Shown one piece after another: positions 52,101-64,000 of a DNA stretch of 64,000 nucleotides. Location of the stretch: NCBI GenBank assembly GCA_016748015.1, contig JAAOMT010000219.1, positions 286,322-350,321 on the forward strand, given 5' to 3'. How positions within the stretch are numbered: the stretch's first letter is position 1; every line of letters begins with the position of its first letter. Position numbers and translations under genes: made by a program. Under the pieces are notes generated by a model. That model saw nothing but the letters and a program-made list of their open reading frames with translations. It had not been told where the DNA came from and did not search any database. The DNA comes from Geosiphon pyriformis uo1 (taxonomy: Eukaryota; Fungi; Glomeromycota).

Positions 52101-53147
52101 TTAGCTTGCTATTATTGGCCTACCTTAAGAAAAGACATTGCTGAATATATTAAAACCTGTGATATCTGCCAAAGAAGAGGAAAACCCAATTGCAAAGAAG
52201 ATATCCATCCAATCTCTGTTGGTCAACCCTTTGACAGAATTGGTATAGATGTTGTTGGACCTTTAACAATAACTCCTGATGGCAACAGAAACATTATCAC
52301 ATCTACTGACTATCTTACAAAGTGGATAAAAGCAAGAGCCACTCCAGACCAAACAGCAGTCTTAATAGCCAATTTTATTTATGAAGATATCATTTGTCGC
52401 CATGGCTGCCCCAAAAAACTTTTATCTGACAGAGGAAGAGCTTTTCTCAGTACACTTGTTAAAGAACTTTGCAGAAAAATAGGAATACATCACAAACTTT
52501 TCTCTTTTTATCACTTCTAAACAAATAGTCTAGTGGAATGTTTCAATAGAACACTATGTAAAACCCTAGCCAAAACCAGCAAAGAAACAAACTTATGGGA
52601 CAAAGTACTGCCTTCAGCCTTGTTTGCCTATAGAACTGTGAATTATGACATAACAAGTTATGAACCCTTTTATCTATTCTATGGACGAATGGCAACCCTA
52701 CCAATAGAAACTGACATTGAAACAATACCCTTTGAAGAAATAACAATAGGGAATTACAAAAACATTTTGCAAAGAAGACTTGGTACCATTCTTGACTCAT
52801 TAGTAGAAGCACGGATAATTGTCTTTAAAAAGATAAAACAATTTCAAAAAAAGCTTAAGAAAAAGAAAACATATAAAACACTTTCCTTAAGTGTTGGTGA
52901 CTTAGTTTTAGAATACTATTCAGACAGAAACAATGTCTATGGTGATAAATTCTCTAGCCAGTGGAAAGGACTCTTTATAGTCAACAAAGTTTTGAACAAT
53001 GGTTCTTATATCTTACAAGATCAATATGGAACAATCTTCAATGATTATCCTGTTCATGGCACATGACTCAAGAAATATCACAAACGGCCTGATTGGTTAC
53101 CTGTTGTGGTAATACCAACCCAAATGATCAACAAAAATCAGATATAA
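49073..53147 (+). pseudogene. pol: pol (PR-RT-RH-IN)
   Basis: LILDSGSS; EWAFPVVVV..FCVDY; YLDD at 50957-50968; ILHTDAFG; HTDPLAGHFG..CDIC; IGIDVVGP, LLSDRG, LVECFN; WKGLF. Confidence 0.95.
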
Positions 53148-53368
53148 ATAAATGCACCATTCCCAAAACAGAGGTATCTTCAATTGACATAAACAATTAT
53201 TTCCTAGATCAAAACATTCAAAATGCTTTCTACACTCTCCATGAGTACTGAATCAAAAATTATCCAAATGCTATTGGAAAACAAACCACCATAACTGATA
53301 ACAGTGGAACACATACTGTTATTAGACCAAAGAAAACCACTACCAGAAGAGAAAAAATTGGTAGCAAA

Positions 53369-53835
53369 ATGGATAAGTATTTGCTAGAAAGCATAACAGC
53401 AGCAATACTTACACCTTTCATGACAATTAGAAAAACGATTAAGGAAATTTTGCCCATAAACAAAAACTTGTCATATAGAAGACAACTAGAACTCTATGGT
53501 CATTTTGGTGAAATCATAGAAAAAATGAAGCTCATGAAAAAAACAACTTCAGAGATACAAGTGGAAATTTTGGGCATTATACATTTAGATATCCAAGAGT
53601 TTTGACCATTGCAAGAAGAGCCAAAACTCTTATACAAAAATTTGGTCTCTTGGATACAAAGCTTATTTTGCCTCAAGTACTATACACTTTATCCACAAAA
53701 GACTTCAACAAACTAGTTAGTTTTGAGTTAGACAAAACTCTTCAATTAGAATACCCTATAAATAGCTTGATTTCACTGGAGCTCAATCTCTTTGAAAAGG
53801 ATGATATTACAGTTGAAACCCATAATTTTTATTAG
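53369..53835 (+). pseudogene. ORF3 (one frameshift near 53595)
   Basis: MDKYLLESITAAIL...ELNLFEKDDITVETHNFY*, homologous to 18707-19174. Confidence 0.65.
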
Positions 53836-54448
53836 TTATCACATGTATTAGTCACTGATGTCATATAATTAGCCACTCTATTTTTAGATAGTGATTATTG
53901 ACCTAGTTGTTGATTTGGTCATTGACCACTTTTAATAGCTATATAAGCGATAAGTTTCTTAGCTGTAGAAAATCATCTTTCAGACAAGAATCAAATAAAT
54001 AAAAATAACAACTTTTATCTTAATCACTCTTTTATTGCTAATTTCTTTTTCCCTATCTTCAAGTATCCGAACATCTTAGAATAAAAGATTACTTGTTGGT
54101 CTTTTCTTGTTTGAATAATTGTAGTATTTGAAGACTATTTGTATAAACATGACTGAAGAGCACAAGTTGATACCTGATATTGAATTCTAAGAACACTGAT
54201 GTGAAGGCATAGAATTAATACCAGCGGTGATCAATTGTTGACAGTATGAACTATCCCTCTACCTTCAGATTCCCTTGTTAACTTTTGAAAAGAATAGCGA
54301 CTGAGATATTTTATGAGACTGATCTCACACATTGAATCCATACTCATTCAATTCGCTTATTGAAGTTGAATCCCCTTTGATTATTTCCATCACCCTACAA
54401 TTCTGTTCTCCCTTGCTATTTGTTAGCTTGTTACTCCAATCTGTAACA

Positions 54449-56509
54449 CTACTACTACTATGTCACAAATGGCCATAAAAGCCAAAAATTCCAAAAAACA
54501 GCAGCAGGCAGTCACAACTGCTATGGTCACACCAAACCTCTTTGTGGTTTCAGATGAGATCTTCTGTAAGATCTCCACAGCAGCAGCCAGCCCTTTTTTT
54601 GATATGGATGGCAACAGCAGCAGCACATCTCCCAAGATGGGCCAAGATTAACCACTGACTGTGTTGCCTGATGTGATACTCTCTGGCAGATCATTGCCAA
54701 TTCCAGTAGCAAAACAGTCCATCAATCCAGATGATCTCAAAGATTGGGCTGATCAGATGGAAATGGAATCAACTGTCTCTTCTCCAGTTTCTGGTGCTGC
54801 TGATGGTAGTGCTTGGGAAAATGTGAATGGTCATTAGAGATTCTCTGGTTGGGTGGCCTCTAATATAGTATTTGGTGCTACATTTAAGATCAAAATGGCT
54901 CTGCTTGGTTCCTTGTTTCAGTTGCTGCCTGGTTACATTGGGCTTAAGTCAGTTTTACAAGATGCTGTTAAGTTGTTCTGTGTAAAATTTGCATTTTAGG
55001 AGAGTCTAAGTGGTGCCACTAAAGTGGCCATCAGTAATGAGGTTTTTTTGACCACTCTTAAGATTGTATTGTCTTCTGGTGTGGACTCTCTTTTTTCTCT
55101 CTCTCTGTCAGTTGCACTGCATGATGTATCTTTGAGTACCTCTTCTAATGACATCAAAACTGCTCTTGGCATTTTTGGTGTTGTCACTTCTGTTAAGTTG
55201 AAGCCTGCTGGCTTATGGCAATATGCTGTGGTTAATTTTAAGGACATTTTTTCTGCTGCTGTTGCTCTTTTTCACTGGTCTGTATTGGTCAAAAAAGATA
55301 GTGTTAGGATTTTTTCCATTGCCAACCAAAAGGAGGTTATCTCTTCAAGAAATACATTTAAAGCTAAGTTGGTCAATCTTCCATTTGGTTGTACTGTCTT
55401 TGAGATAAGTAATTTAGTCTCCCAAGTTGATGGCTGTACATGTTTCATTCCTCGCTCTCCTAAATCTTATTGACGTTAATGCTTTGCTGTGGTTATCTTT
55501 GATTCTTTGGAATTTCTGAATGTTGCTGTGTCAAAAACTAGTATCTTGCATGGTTGTTGCATTTGGTAGAAAACTCCTGAGTGTTGTTGCTGCTACAGGT
55601 GTCAAGACTTGAATCATTTGGCTGTGGATTGCAAAATGTTACCCTCTCTTCCACCCAAACTTCCTTCCAACTCCTCTGGTGGTCCCAAGAATTTCAAACC
55701 TTCATTTGTTGGATCTAAATCTTATGCCAAGACTGCTGTTTTTGTGGTTCCTCCTGGTGCTGCTGCTGCTAATATGGACTTGGATCTTAGTGGTTCTCTT
55801 AAATCTGCAACACCCATGTTGCCTACTGTCCCTTCTGTTTTCAATACTGCTGTTGAATCTAGGTTGGCTTCTCTTGAATCCTATCTTAGTGAACTATTTG
55901 TGTTGATTAAATCCTTAGTTGAATCTGTTGGTGCTCTGGTTGCATTGATTACCAAATTGCTATCTACTCTATCTGCCATAGATGTGTTAGTTAAAAAGTG
56001 TGTGAATGAGTTGGTTAAACAAAACAAAGACTTGGCTGCTGTTGCTTCTGTTACACAGAAAAAAATGACATGTTTTGAGAAGATATGTGAACAAGTCTGC
56101 TTGGAAAATGGATCAGATGTTGATGACATGATTGATAATGTTGATGATGATAATGATGAAGATAAAGACTTTTCAGTTTATAATAACATCTTCAATATCA
56201 TGATGCACCTATGGGAAGATCAGTCTTTCAGAATCAAATCCAGTCTTGATCAGACTGCTAAGTGGATGAGTGGTATGGTTAAGAATAGTCATGAGTTTGT
56301 TAGCATTATGGATAAGATGTATGAATTAGATATGTTTGATACATTAGGTAGCAAAGGTAGTACTAGTGTGTAGTTAGGGCTTTCCACTTGTGGTTAGCCA
56401 CATCTTGTGATTTTGTATTATTGGGTGAGCTGGCTTTGTGAAAAGATCATGCTTCTTAAGTATGGCTAAACTAATAAAAAAACCAGCATGACTACATGTT
56501 GACAAAAAA
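54449..56509 (+). mobile_element. ORF1-only element H, copy H4 (5'-truncated)
   Basis: Starts in the poly-Thr region, ORF ends ...GSKGSTSV* at 56373, followed by the tail and an A-run at 56504-56509. Confidence 0.88.
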
Positions 56510-59293
56510 GAAGACAACCAAAAAATGCACCTAGGATCTACTCTTTTAGTTTTTGCTTCTGCTCCTACCATGGTTCCAGCTCCACAAATGACTGCTACCT
56601 CTTTTGCCACTCACACTCAAGACCCCAATGAACAATTAATAGACAAACTTACTGCTAACTTTACTCAGCTATTAGAACCATTAGCCCAAGCAGTCAGAGA
56701 CAACCAGCAATCCCAAAGACCCAGATTTGAACTCTGCTTCAATTAGCCCCAACAACCACCATATCAAAGACAACAAAATCATGGCCCACCTGTGTGCTAT
56801 TGCTGTGGACTAACTGGACACTTTTTCAGAGACTGCAACAATCCTCTGTTGCCCTCTCTAGCTCTTAGAAATAATGACATCCAGAATAACAGACCCAACA
56901 ATAATAATGTTCCCAATCAAAGACCCAATTATGCCAACATCAATTTCTTTGGAGAGGATCTCTTAGTTGAAGCTACTGTTTATCAGTTTTTAAACTGGTA
57001 GGTGTACCTCCAAAAGGTAAGAGTACAAGCCAACCAGAAAAAAACCTCTTTTTTGCTTTTAACCTAACTGATGATGATCATGATATAGATAAACTGGCAA
57101 TCAATACCTTTGACTTGACAAGAAAGAAAAAGAAAGCCAAGATTGATTTCGTTTTAGATCTCAACAAAGCCTCAACTTCCACTGCTAACAACAATAAACC
57201 ACCAAAGGCTAAAGTTTTTAAAAATCCTCCAAAGTTGAAACCTCCAGAAATTGTACAAAAATCTGGATCCTATTCTGTTGTCAAGGATCTCATGGAAATG
57301 CCTATACACATTACATTTGGCCAACTGATAACTCATTTACAGTTCAGAAAAGATTTTCACAAATTGTTGATACCAAAGAAAAAGACACCAAAAACCAATA
57401 AACACTCTTGCCAAGCTGGACTTGCTGATAACAGCAATGTCACCCCTCTGATTTGTAAAGTCCAAGTGGCTAGTTACTTCATTGAATTGATCATAGACAG
57501 TAGATCATCTGTTAGTGTAATTGCCAAACACTTTTTTGAAGCAATTGGCAGAATGATTGATGAGTCTTCCACAAGACCAATGACCAACATACATAGTAAT
57601 AAGAAGAAAGCATAGCCAAAGCTATTCCTGTTCGCATCAATGATATTAGCATTAAAACAGACATAGAAGTATCTGAAGCAAAAGAGTATACTATTATTGT
57701 TGGTAATAAATGGTTTAAGAAAGCCAAAGCACTACTTAACTATAAACTTTGGGAGCTAACCATCAGATATAGTGAAAAATTCATTGTGGTTAAATGCCAT
57801 TATTGAACAATTCCTTTAGTAACCAAACAGAACCAAGAAAAAAAACAATCAGATAAATTAGATGATAATAAGAGCAATAATAAAGAAAATCAAGAAGATC
57901 AAGAAAAAACTGCTAAACTTGCTTATACCATCTTTATCAGCAATAGCAAGCCACTGGACAATGCTAAAGCTGACAAAGAAGGAATTATAATAAATGGCAA
58001 GCTGATCTGCTGGCCCTACTATGATATCCTCAAAAGAACCTTTGACAAAAAATCTAGTAAGAAAGCCAAATACAGTTATTGGTGGCATGGCCCTTGTGCA
58101 TGGTACTGGTGTAATAAACTTTTGTATTCACCAAGTGATGAATGCAAATCCTGTCTAATCTATTACAAAAATTGGGAACCAATTAGCTTGATATCTCGAG
58201 AAGAACTTAAAAAAGTACAAAAGTTCTTTGAGAATAAACCACCTGAAATCTAATCACTAGTTGTAGAACAAAGAGAACCTTCCCTTGAAGAAAAAAAATA
58301 GACATTGAAAACTTGTTGGCTAGAAATAGCCCAGTTATTTCAAAAGAAGGTAACATCCCTGGACAAACCCATGTAATACAATACACTATCACCATCAAAG
58401 AAACTTACCCTATTTATTTGAAGCCTTATTAATTCAATCAACACAATGATGAGTTTATCAAGAAAGAGATAAACTGGATAAAAAATCTTAGATTCATACA
58501 AGAAACCAAGAGTGAATAAGCTTTCCTAGTTATAATAATATCTAAGAAAAGTAGAACCCTACACTTCTGTGTTGACTACCACCAATTAAATGCCATCACT
58601 ATAAGAGATATGTACCCACTCTCCAAAATTGATACAATGCTAAATAAATTCAATGGTGCTTTTATTATCAAATATAACACCTATGAATTTACAGTTATGT
58701 CTTTTGGTCTCACCAATGCTTTTCTTACTTTTCAACACCTAATGGATAAAGTGTTTAAATCAGTAAAAAAAAACTTTGTTTTGGTTTACTTGGACAACAT
58801 AATGGTATATTCAAAAACCTGGGATGAATATCTTAAACATTTATCAACAAAAAGCTTCTAAAATTCTGAAGGAAAAACTTGTTACTGAACCAATTCTCAA
58901 GCAACCTGATCTGGACTAACTTTTTATTCTTCACACTGATACATTTGATTATGGACTTAATGCTGTTCTTTTACAGAAAGATGAAAATAGCAGAGAACAT
59001 GCTATAGCATATGTTAGTAGATTTCTTACACCAGTAGAAAAAAACTATTCAGTTACTGAACAAGAATGTCTAGTAGTAGTTTGAACTACTAGCTACTGGG
59101 ATCAATATCTTCTTGGTGTAAAATTCTTAGTGGTAACAGATCATCAAGCCTTGGTTTGGCTGTGCAATAAAAAGAAGCTGGAACACAAACAAATAACTTG
59201 CTAAATACTCCACTTGGATGAATTTGACTATGATATTTAACACTGCAAAGGAGCAAATCATCAAAATGCTGATGCTTTCTCTAGACTTATTAT
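56510..59293 (+). mobile_element. Family A copy A8, internal fragment (gag end-PR-RT with deletions-RH)
   Basis: CYCCGLTGHFFRDC; TTTAAAC at 56989-56995; LIIDSR; YLDN; deletions near 58660 and 58840. Confidence 0.92.
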
Positions 59294-62200
59294 TATTACA
59301 GATGATTTTTTGGAGTGTTAAGTGAATAACAAACCTGTAACTTGGTGCTCAAAAGCTATTTCCGTCGATGATATTCTGAAAGTATTGTATCTGAAGGTTT
59401 TGATGAAGTTCTTTGTATAATAGACAAAGATTCAATAGTGTGGCAATTCGTCATTTGTAGTCAGTTGTTTCCCAATTTCTTTCTCAGCTTGGTGGCCGGA
59501 TTTATTCTGGCAGTCATGCCCTTCTGGTAAGCTAACTGATAATATATATAAATTTATTCTTATTTCTGGGTCTTTTACCAGGCTATCTGTGACATCAATA
59601 ACTCAGTGCTTTTAATCCTTAATAAATTACTATACTACAACAAAACAACACAAAGAAAGAAAGAGAAAAAAAAGAAAGAAAAGAAAATGAAATAAAGAAA
59701 ATAAGCCAAGACAATTTGGTAAGTTAGTATCCTGTCAATAGCCGTGATCAAGAACTATTGTTTCAGTATGGTTAAGTATCAATTCCTATCAACATAAAGT
59801 GTTGATAGTAGAGAGTGGATTGAGATATGAAATAATTATTTATTTTTATGATTGGGAACTGAAAGATTTCTTAGATCAAATCTAAACTGAGAAGTCTAAA
59901 CTAAAAGAGTTTGTTTTTTTTTTGTAATTTTTTGTATTTTTAATAATTATGATTTACAAGTCTAATTGATTTTATGAGTCTAATTGACTCTGCAAATCAA
60001 TTAACTCTGAGTCTTGTTGACCAATTTTCTAACTTCTGATACTACTGCTATATATACATATTTGAGATTTCTTAATTCCTTAATTCTTTATGTCAGAAAT
60101 CCTGGAATTCCTGGAATCCTGCAATTTCTTTGAGAGGAATTCTGGAATTCTGGAATCCTGCAATTCCTCATATGAGAATTCTGAAATTCCTGAAATTCTG
60201 CAATTCCTTTAAGAGAAATCCTGGAATTCTACAAAGAGGAATCCTGGAATTCCATATTTACTACGTCTACCTCTGATTGGCTAATTTATATGCTAATATA
60301 TTTTCTATTTTCTATGAGTAACATTATTTCCTTCTTTAATATTGAGCTTCTGCGAAATCTTCTAAATCTCTTTTTTGTATCAATGTTGTTACTGTAATTT
60401 TTATTGCTATTTGTAAATCTAATTTTATACATAACTGGGGTTTTTAACTATAGTGGTCTGTCCAGAATATCTACGTTCAAATCTTGCATCTGTATTATGT
60501 GCATGTTCAGACATAATGTCCTCATTATTATGACTGAATTGAATTAATTCCTGCTCCATTGTAAGATCTAAAAGCATGATATATTGTTCAATGTTTGAAG
60601 CGAAGTTTGAATCATTGTTGTCATTGTCAGTGGAGTTTGAATCATCATCGTCATCATCAGTAGAGTTTAAATTGGGATTAAGTTTCGATTCCAATTTTTG
60701 CTGATTGGCTTGTCTTCCTCAGAGTTTGAATATATGATGCGTGGAAGTGGATTGTAACTTGGGGCTGTCAGGTGAGTTTTGATAATTTGTTGATCAATTT
60801 TGGTACTGCTGATTCTCAAATTCCTTTTTCTTCTTTAAGTCTTTTTTGTATTGACACTTTCCTAATACTGACTTTTGGCACAGAAAAAGGCAGTCTTCAT
60901 ACAGGTAAGTATGAATCTGAATGGTTTTTTTTCTGGAATTCTTCCAATGGGTCTTTAAATAATCAGAGTTTTGAATTTCTAGAGGTTTGATGGGTTTTAT
61001 CTGAGGTAAGTTTTTTTTACATGAGCAGAGTTGAAATTTTATTGGGTTTCAAATGTTTGGGTTTTGAACTATTGGGTCTTGAAGAATTGGAGTTTTAATA
61101 AGTTTTATTGAAGGTAAGTTTCTTTATACAATAGCAGAATTGAGATTATCAGGTTTCAAATAATTTTTGGAGTTTTTAATTTAATGAGTTTATTAAAGGT
61201 AATAGTAAAATAAGGTTTTGCGAATTTTAAGTGATTTTTCTTTGTTTTCTCTTGGTCTGCCACTTTTGGATGGTTGCTGGTGCTGGTTCTCTATAGGATT
61301 ATATCTTACAGGGAGCACCAAATGTTACAGATAATTCTTTAGGGTGTCAAGTGAATAACAAACCTGTAACTTGGTGCTCAAAAGCTATTTCCATTGATGG
61401 TATTCTGAAAGTGTTGTATCTGAAGGTTTTGATGGAGTCCTTTGTATAATAGACAGAGATTCAATAGTGTGGTGATTTGTTGTTTGTAGTCAGTTGTTTC
61501 CCAATTTCTTTCTCAGCTTGGTGGCTGGATTTATTTTGGCAGTCATGCCCTTCTGATAAGCTAACTAATAATATATATAAATCTATTCTTATTTCTGGGT
61601 TTTTTACTAGGCTATCTGTGACATCAATAACTCAGTGTTTTTAATCCTTAATAAATTAGTATACAACAACAAAACAACACAAAGAAAGAAAGAGAAAAGA
61701 AAAAAAGAAAAGAAAATGAAATAAAGAAAATAAGCCAAGACAATTTGGTAAGTTAGTATCCCATCAATAGCCGTGATCAAGAGATATTATTCCAATATGG
61801 TTAAGTATCAATTCCTATCAACATAAAGTGTTGATAGTAGAGAGTGAATTGAGATATAAAATAATTATTTATTTTTATGATTGAGAACTGAAAGATTTCT
61901 TAGATCAAATCTAAACTGAGAAGTCTAAACTAAAAGAGTTTGTTTTTTTTTTGTTTTTTTTTGTATTTTTAATAATTATGATTTACAAGTCTAATTGATT
62001 TTATGAGTCTAATTGACTCCACGAATCAATTAACTCTGAGTCTCATTGACCAATTTTCTAACTTCTGATACTACTGCTATATATATGTATTTAAGATTCC
62101 TCAATTTCTTAATTCTTTATGTCAGGAATCCTGGAATTCCTGGAATCCTGCAATTTCTTTGAGAGGAATTCTGAAATTCTGGAATCCTGCAATTCCTCAT

Positions 62201-64000
62201 ATGAGAATTCTGAAATTTCTGAAATCCTGCAATTCCTTTGAGAGGAATCCTGGAATTCTACAAAGAAGAATCCTGGAATTCCATATTTACTACGTCTACC
62301 TCTGATTGGCTAATTTATATGCTAATATATTTTCTATTTTCTATGAGTAACATTATTTCCTTCTTTAATATTGAGCTTCTGCGAAATCTTCTAAATCTCT
62401 TTTTTGTATCAATGTTGTTACTGTAATTTTTATTGCTATTTGTAAATCTAATTTTATACGTAACTGGGGTTTTTAACTATAGTGGTCTGTTCAGAATATC
62501 TACGTTCAAATCTTGCATCTGTATTATGTGCATGTTCAGACATAATGTCCTCATTATTATGACTGAATTGAATTAATTCCTGCTTCATTGTAAGATCTAA
62601 AAGCATGATATATTGTTCAATGTTTGAAGCAAAGTTTGAATCATTGTTGTCATTGTCGGCGGAGTTTGAATCATCATCATCATCATCAGTGGAGTTTAAA
62701 TTGGGATTAAGTTCCGATTCCAATTTTTGCTGATTGGCTTGTCTTCCTCAGAGTTTGAATATATGATGTGTGAAAGTGGATTGTAACTTGGGGCCATCAG
62801 ATGAGTTTTGATAATTTGTTGATCAATTTTGGTATTGCTGATTCTCAAATTCCTTTTTCTTCTCTAAGTCTTTTTTGTATTGACACTTTCCTAATGCTGA
62901 CTTTTAGCACAGAAGAAGGCAGTCTTCACACAGGTAAGTATGAATCTGGGTGGTTTTTTTTCTGGAATTCTTCCAATGGGTCTTTAAATAATCAGAGTTT
63001 TGAATTTCTAGAGGTTTGATGGGTTTTATCTGAGGTAAGTTTTTTTTACATGAGCAGGGTTGAAATTTTATTGGGTTTCAAATGTTTGGGTTTTGAACTA
63101 TCGGGTCTTGAAGAATCAGAGTTTTAATGAGTTTTATTGAAGGTAAGTTTCTTTATACAATAGCAGGATTGAGATTATCAGGTTTCAAATAATTTTTGAA
63201 GTTTTTAATTTAATGAGTTTATTAAAGGTAATGGTAAAATAAGGATTTTGCAAATCTTAAGTGATTTTTCTTTGTTTTCTCTTGGTCTGCCACTTTTGGA
63301 TGGTTGCTGGTGCTGGTTCTCTGTAGAATTATACCTCACAGGGAGCACCAAATATTACAGATAATTCTTTAGGGTGTCGAGTAAATAACAAACCTGTAAC
63401 TTGGTGCTCAAAAGCTATTTCCATCGATAGTATTCTGAAAGTGTTGTATCTGAAGGTTTTGATGGAGTCCTTTGTATAATGGACAGAGATTCAATAGTGT
63501 GGTGATTTGTTGTTTGTAGTCAGTTGTTTCCCAATTTCTTTCTCAGCTTGGTGGCTGGATTTATTCTGGCAGTCATGCTCTTTTGATAAGCTAACTAATA
63601 ATATATATAAATCTATTCTTATTTCTGGGTTTTTTACCAGACTATCTGTGACATCAATAACTCAGTGCTTTTAATCCTTAATAAATTAGTATACTACAAC
63701 AAAACAACACAAAGAAAGAAAGAAAAAAGAAAGAAAGAAAAGAAAATGAAATAAAGAAAATAAGCCAAAACAATTTGGTAAGTTAGTATCCCATCAATAG
63801 CCGTAATCAAGAGCTATTGTTCCAACATGGTTAAGTATTAATTCCTATCAACATGAAGTGTTGATAGTAGAGAATAGATTGAGATATGAAATAATTATTT
63901 ATTTTTATGATTGGGAACTGGAAGGTTTCTTAGATCAAATCTAAACTGAGAGGTCTAAACTAAAAAAGTTTGTTTTTTTTTTTTTTTTTTTTTTTTTTTT
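59294..64000 (-). mobile_element. Tandem array of non-autonomous family B mini-elements (LTR-internal-LTR-internal-LTR)
   Basis: LTRs 59294-60323, 61323-62352 and 63353->64000. The ~1.0-kb internals have a PBS (ending 61320 and 63350) and a PPT (from 60324 and 62353). Period 2029-2030 bp. Confidence 0.93.
60425..60694 (-). pseudogene. Acidic spacer plus dUTPase N-terminal remnant (second copy at 62454-62723)
   Basis: EHAHNTDARFERRY aligns to EHVHNTDVGFNLRY at 24468. Motifs 2-5 are absent. Confidence 0.75.

Larger units (their letters stand above)
46821..54448 (+). mobile_element. Family A copy A7, best preserved full-length Ty3/gypsy copy
   Basis: LTRs 46821-47476 and 53805-54448; PBS 47483-47499; gag, pol, ORF3, PPT. 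Flanks aatat / ctact give no TSD. Confidence 0.96.

Noticed and set aside
1-64000. Alternative genetic code or stop-codon readthrough
   Set aside because: Most stops sit at different positions in different copies and correspond to CAA/CAG/CGA/TGG codons in sister copies, so they are C>T/G>A mutations.
63973-64000. Poly(A) tail or telomere at the window end
   Set aside because: It corresponds to the T-run inside the mini-element LTR (~59914, ~61943). No telomeric repeat is seen, and the extra length may be a homopolymer artefact.

Overview
This window is entirely a eukaryotic, AT-rich nest of degenerate retrotransposons. I found no intact host gene, RNA gene or CRISPR array. The protein families look like those of Glomeromycotina fungi such as Geosiphon, but that is recall and inference, not a search result. 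Five components tile the window: (A) a ~7.6-kb Ty3/gypsy family, 8 full or partial copies plus 2 lone LTRs, organised LTR-PBS-gag-(U UUA AAC -1 frameshift)-PR-RT-RH-IN-ORF3-PPT-LTR; (B) a second LTR family using the same PBS, with a trimeric dUTPase after the protease and no RT/IN in the copy seen; (B-mini) a head-to-tail array of ~2.03-kb non-autonomous B derivatives sharing LTRs (59294-64000); (L) fragments of an RNase H-encoding LINE; and (H) four copies of a ~2.35-kb poly(A)-tailed ORF1-only element whose ~120-nt structured 3' tail is shared with the LINE. All copies are riddled with C>T/G>A transitions, and CpG is nearly absent. No interrupted element resumes after an insertion and no target-site duplication was found. 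The best candidates for an undescribed system are the LINE/ORF1-only pair with a shared structured tail, the dUTPase LTR family with its tandem mini-elements, and a duplicated PPT at the end of gag in family A.
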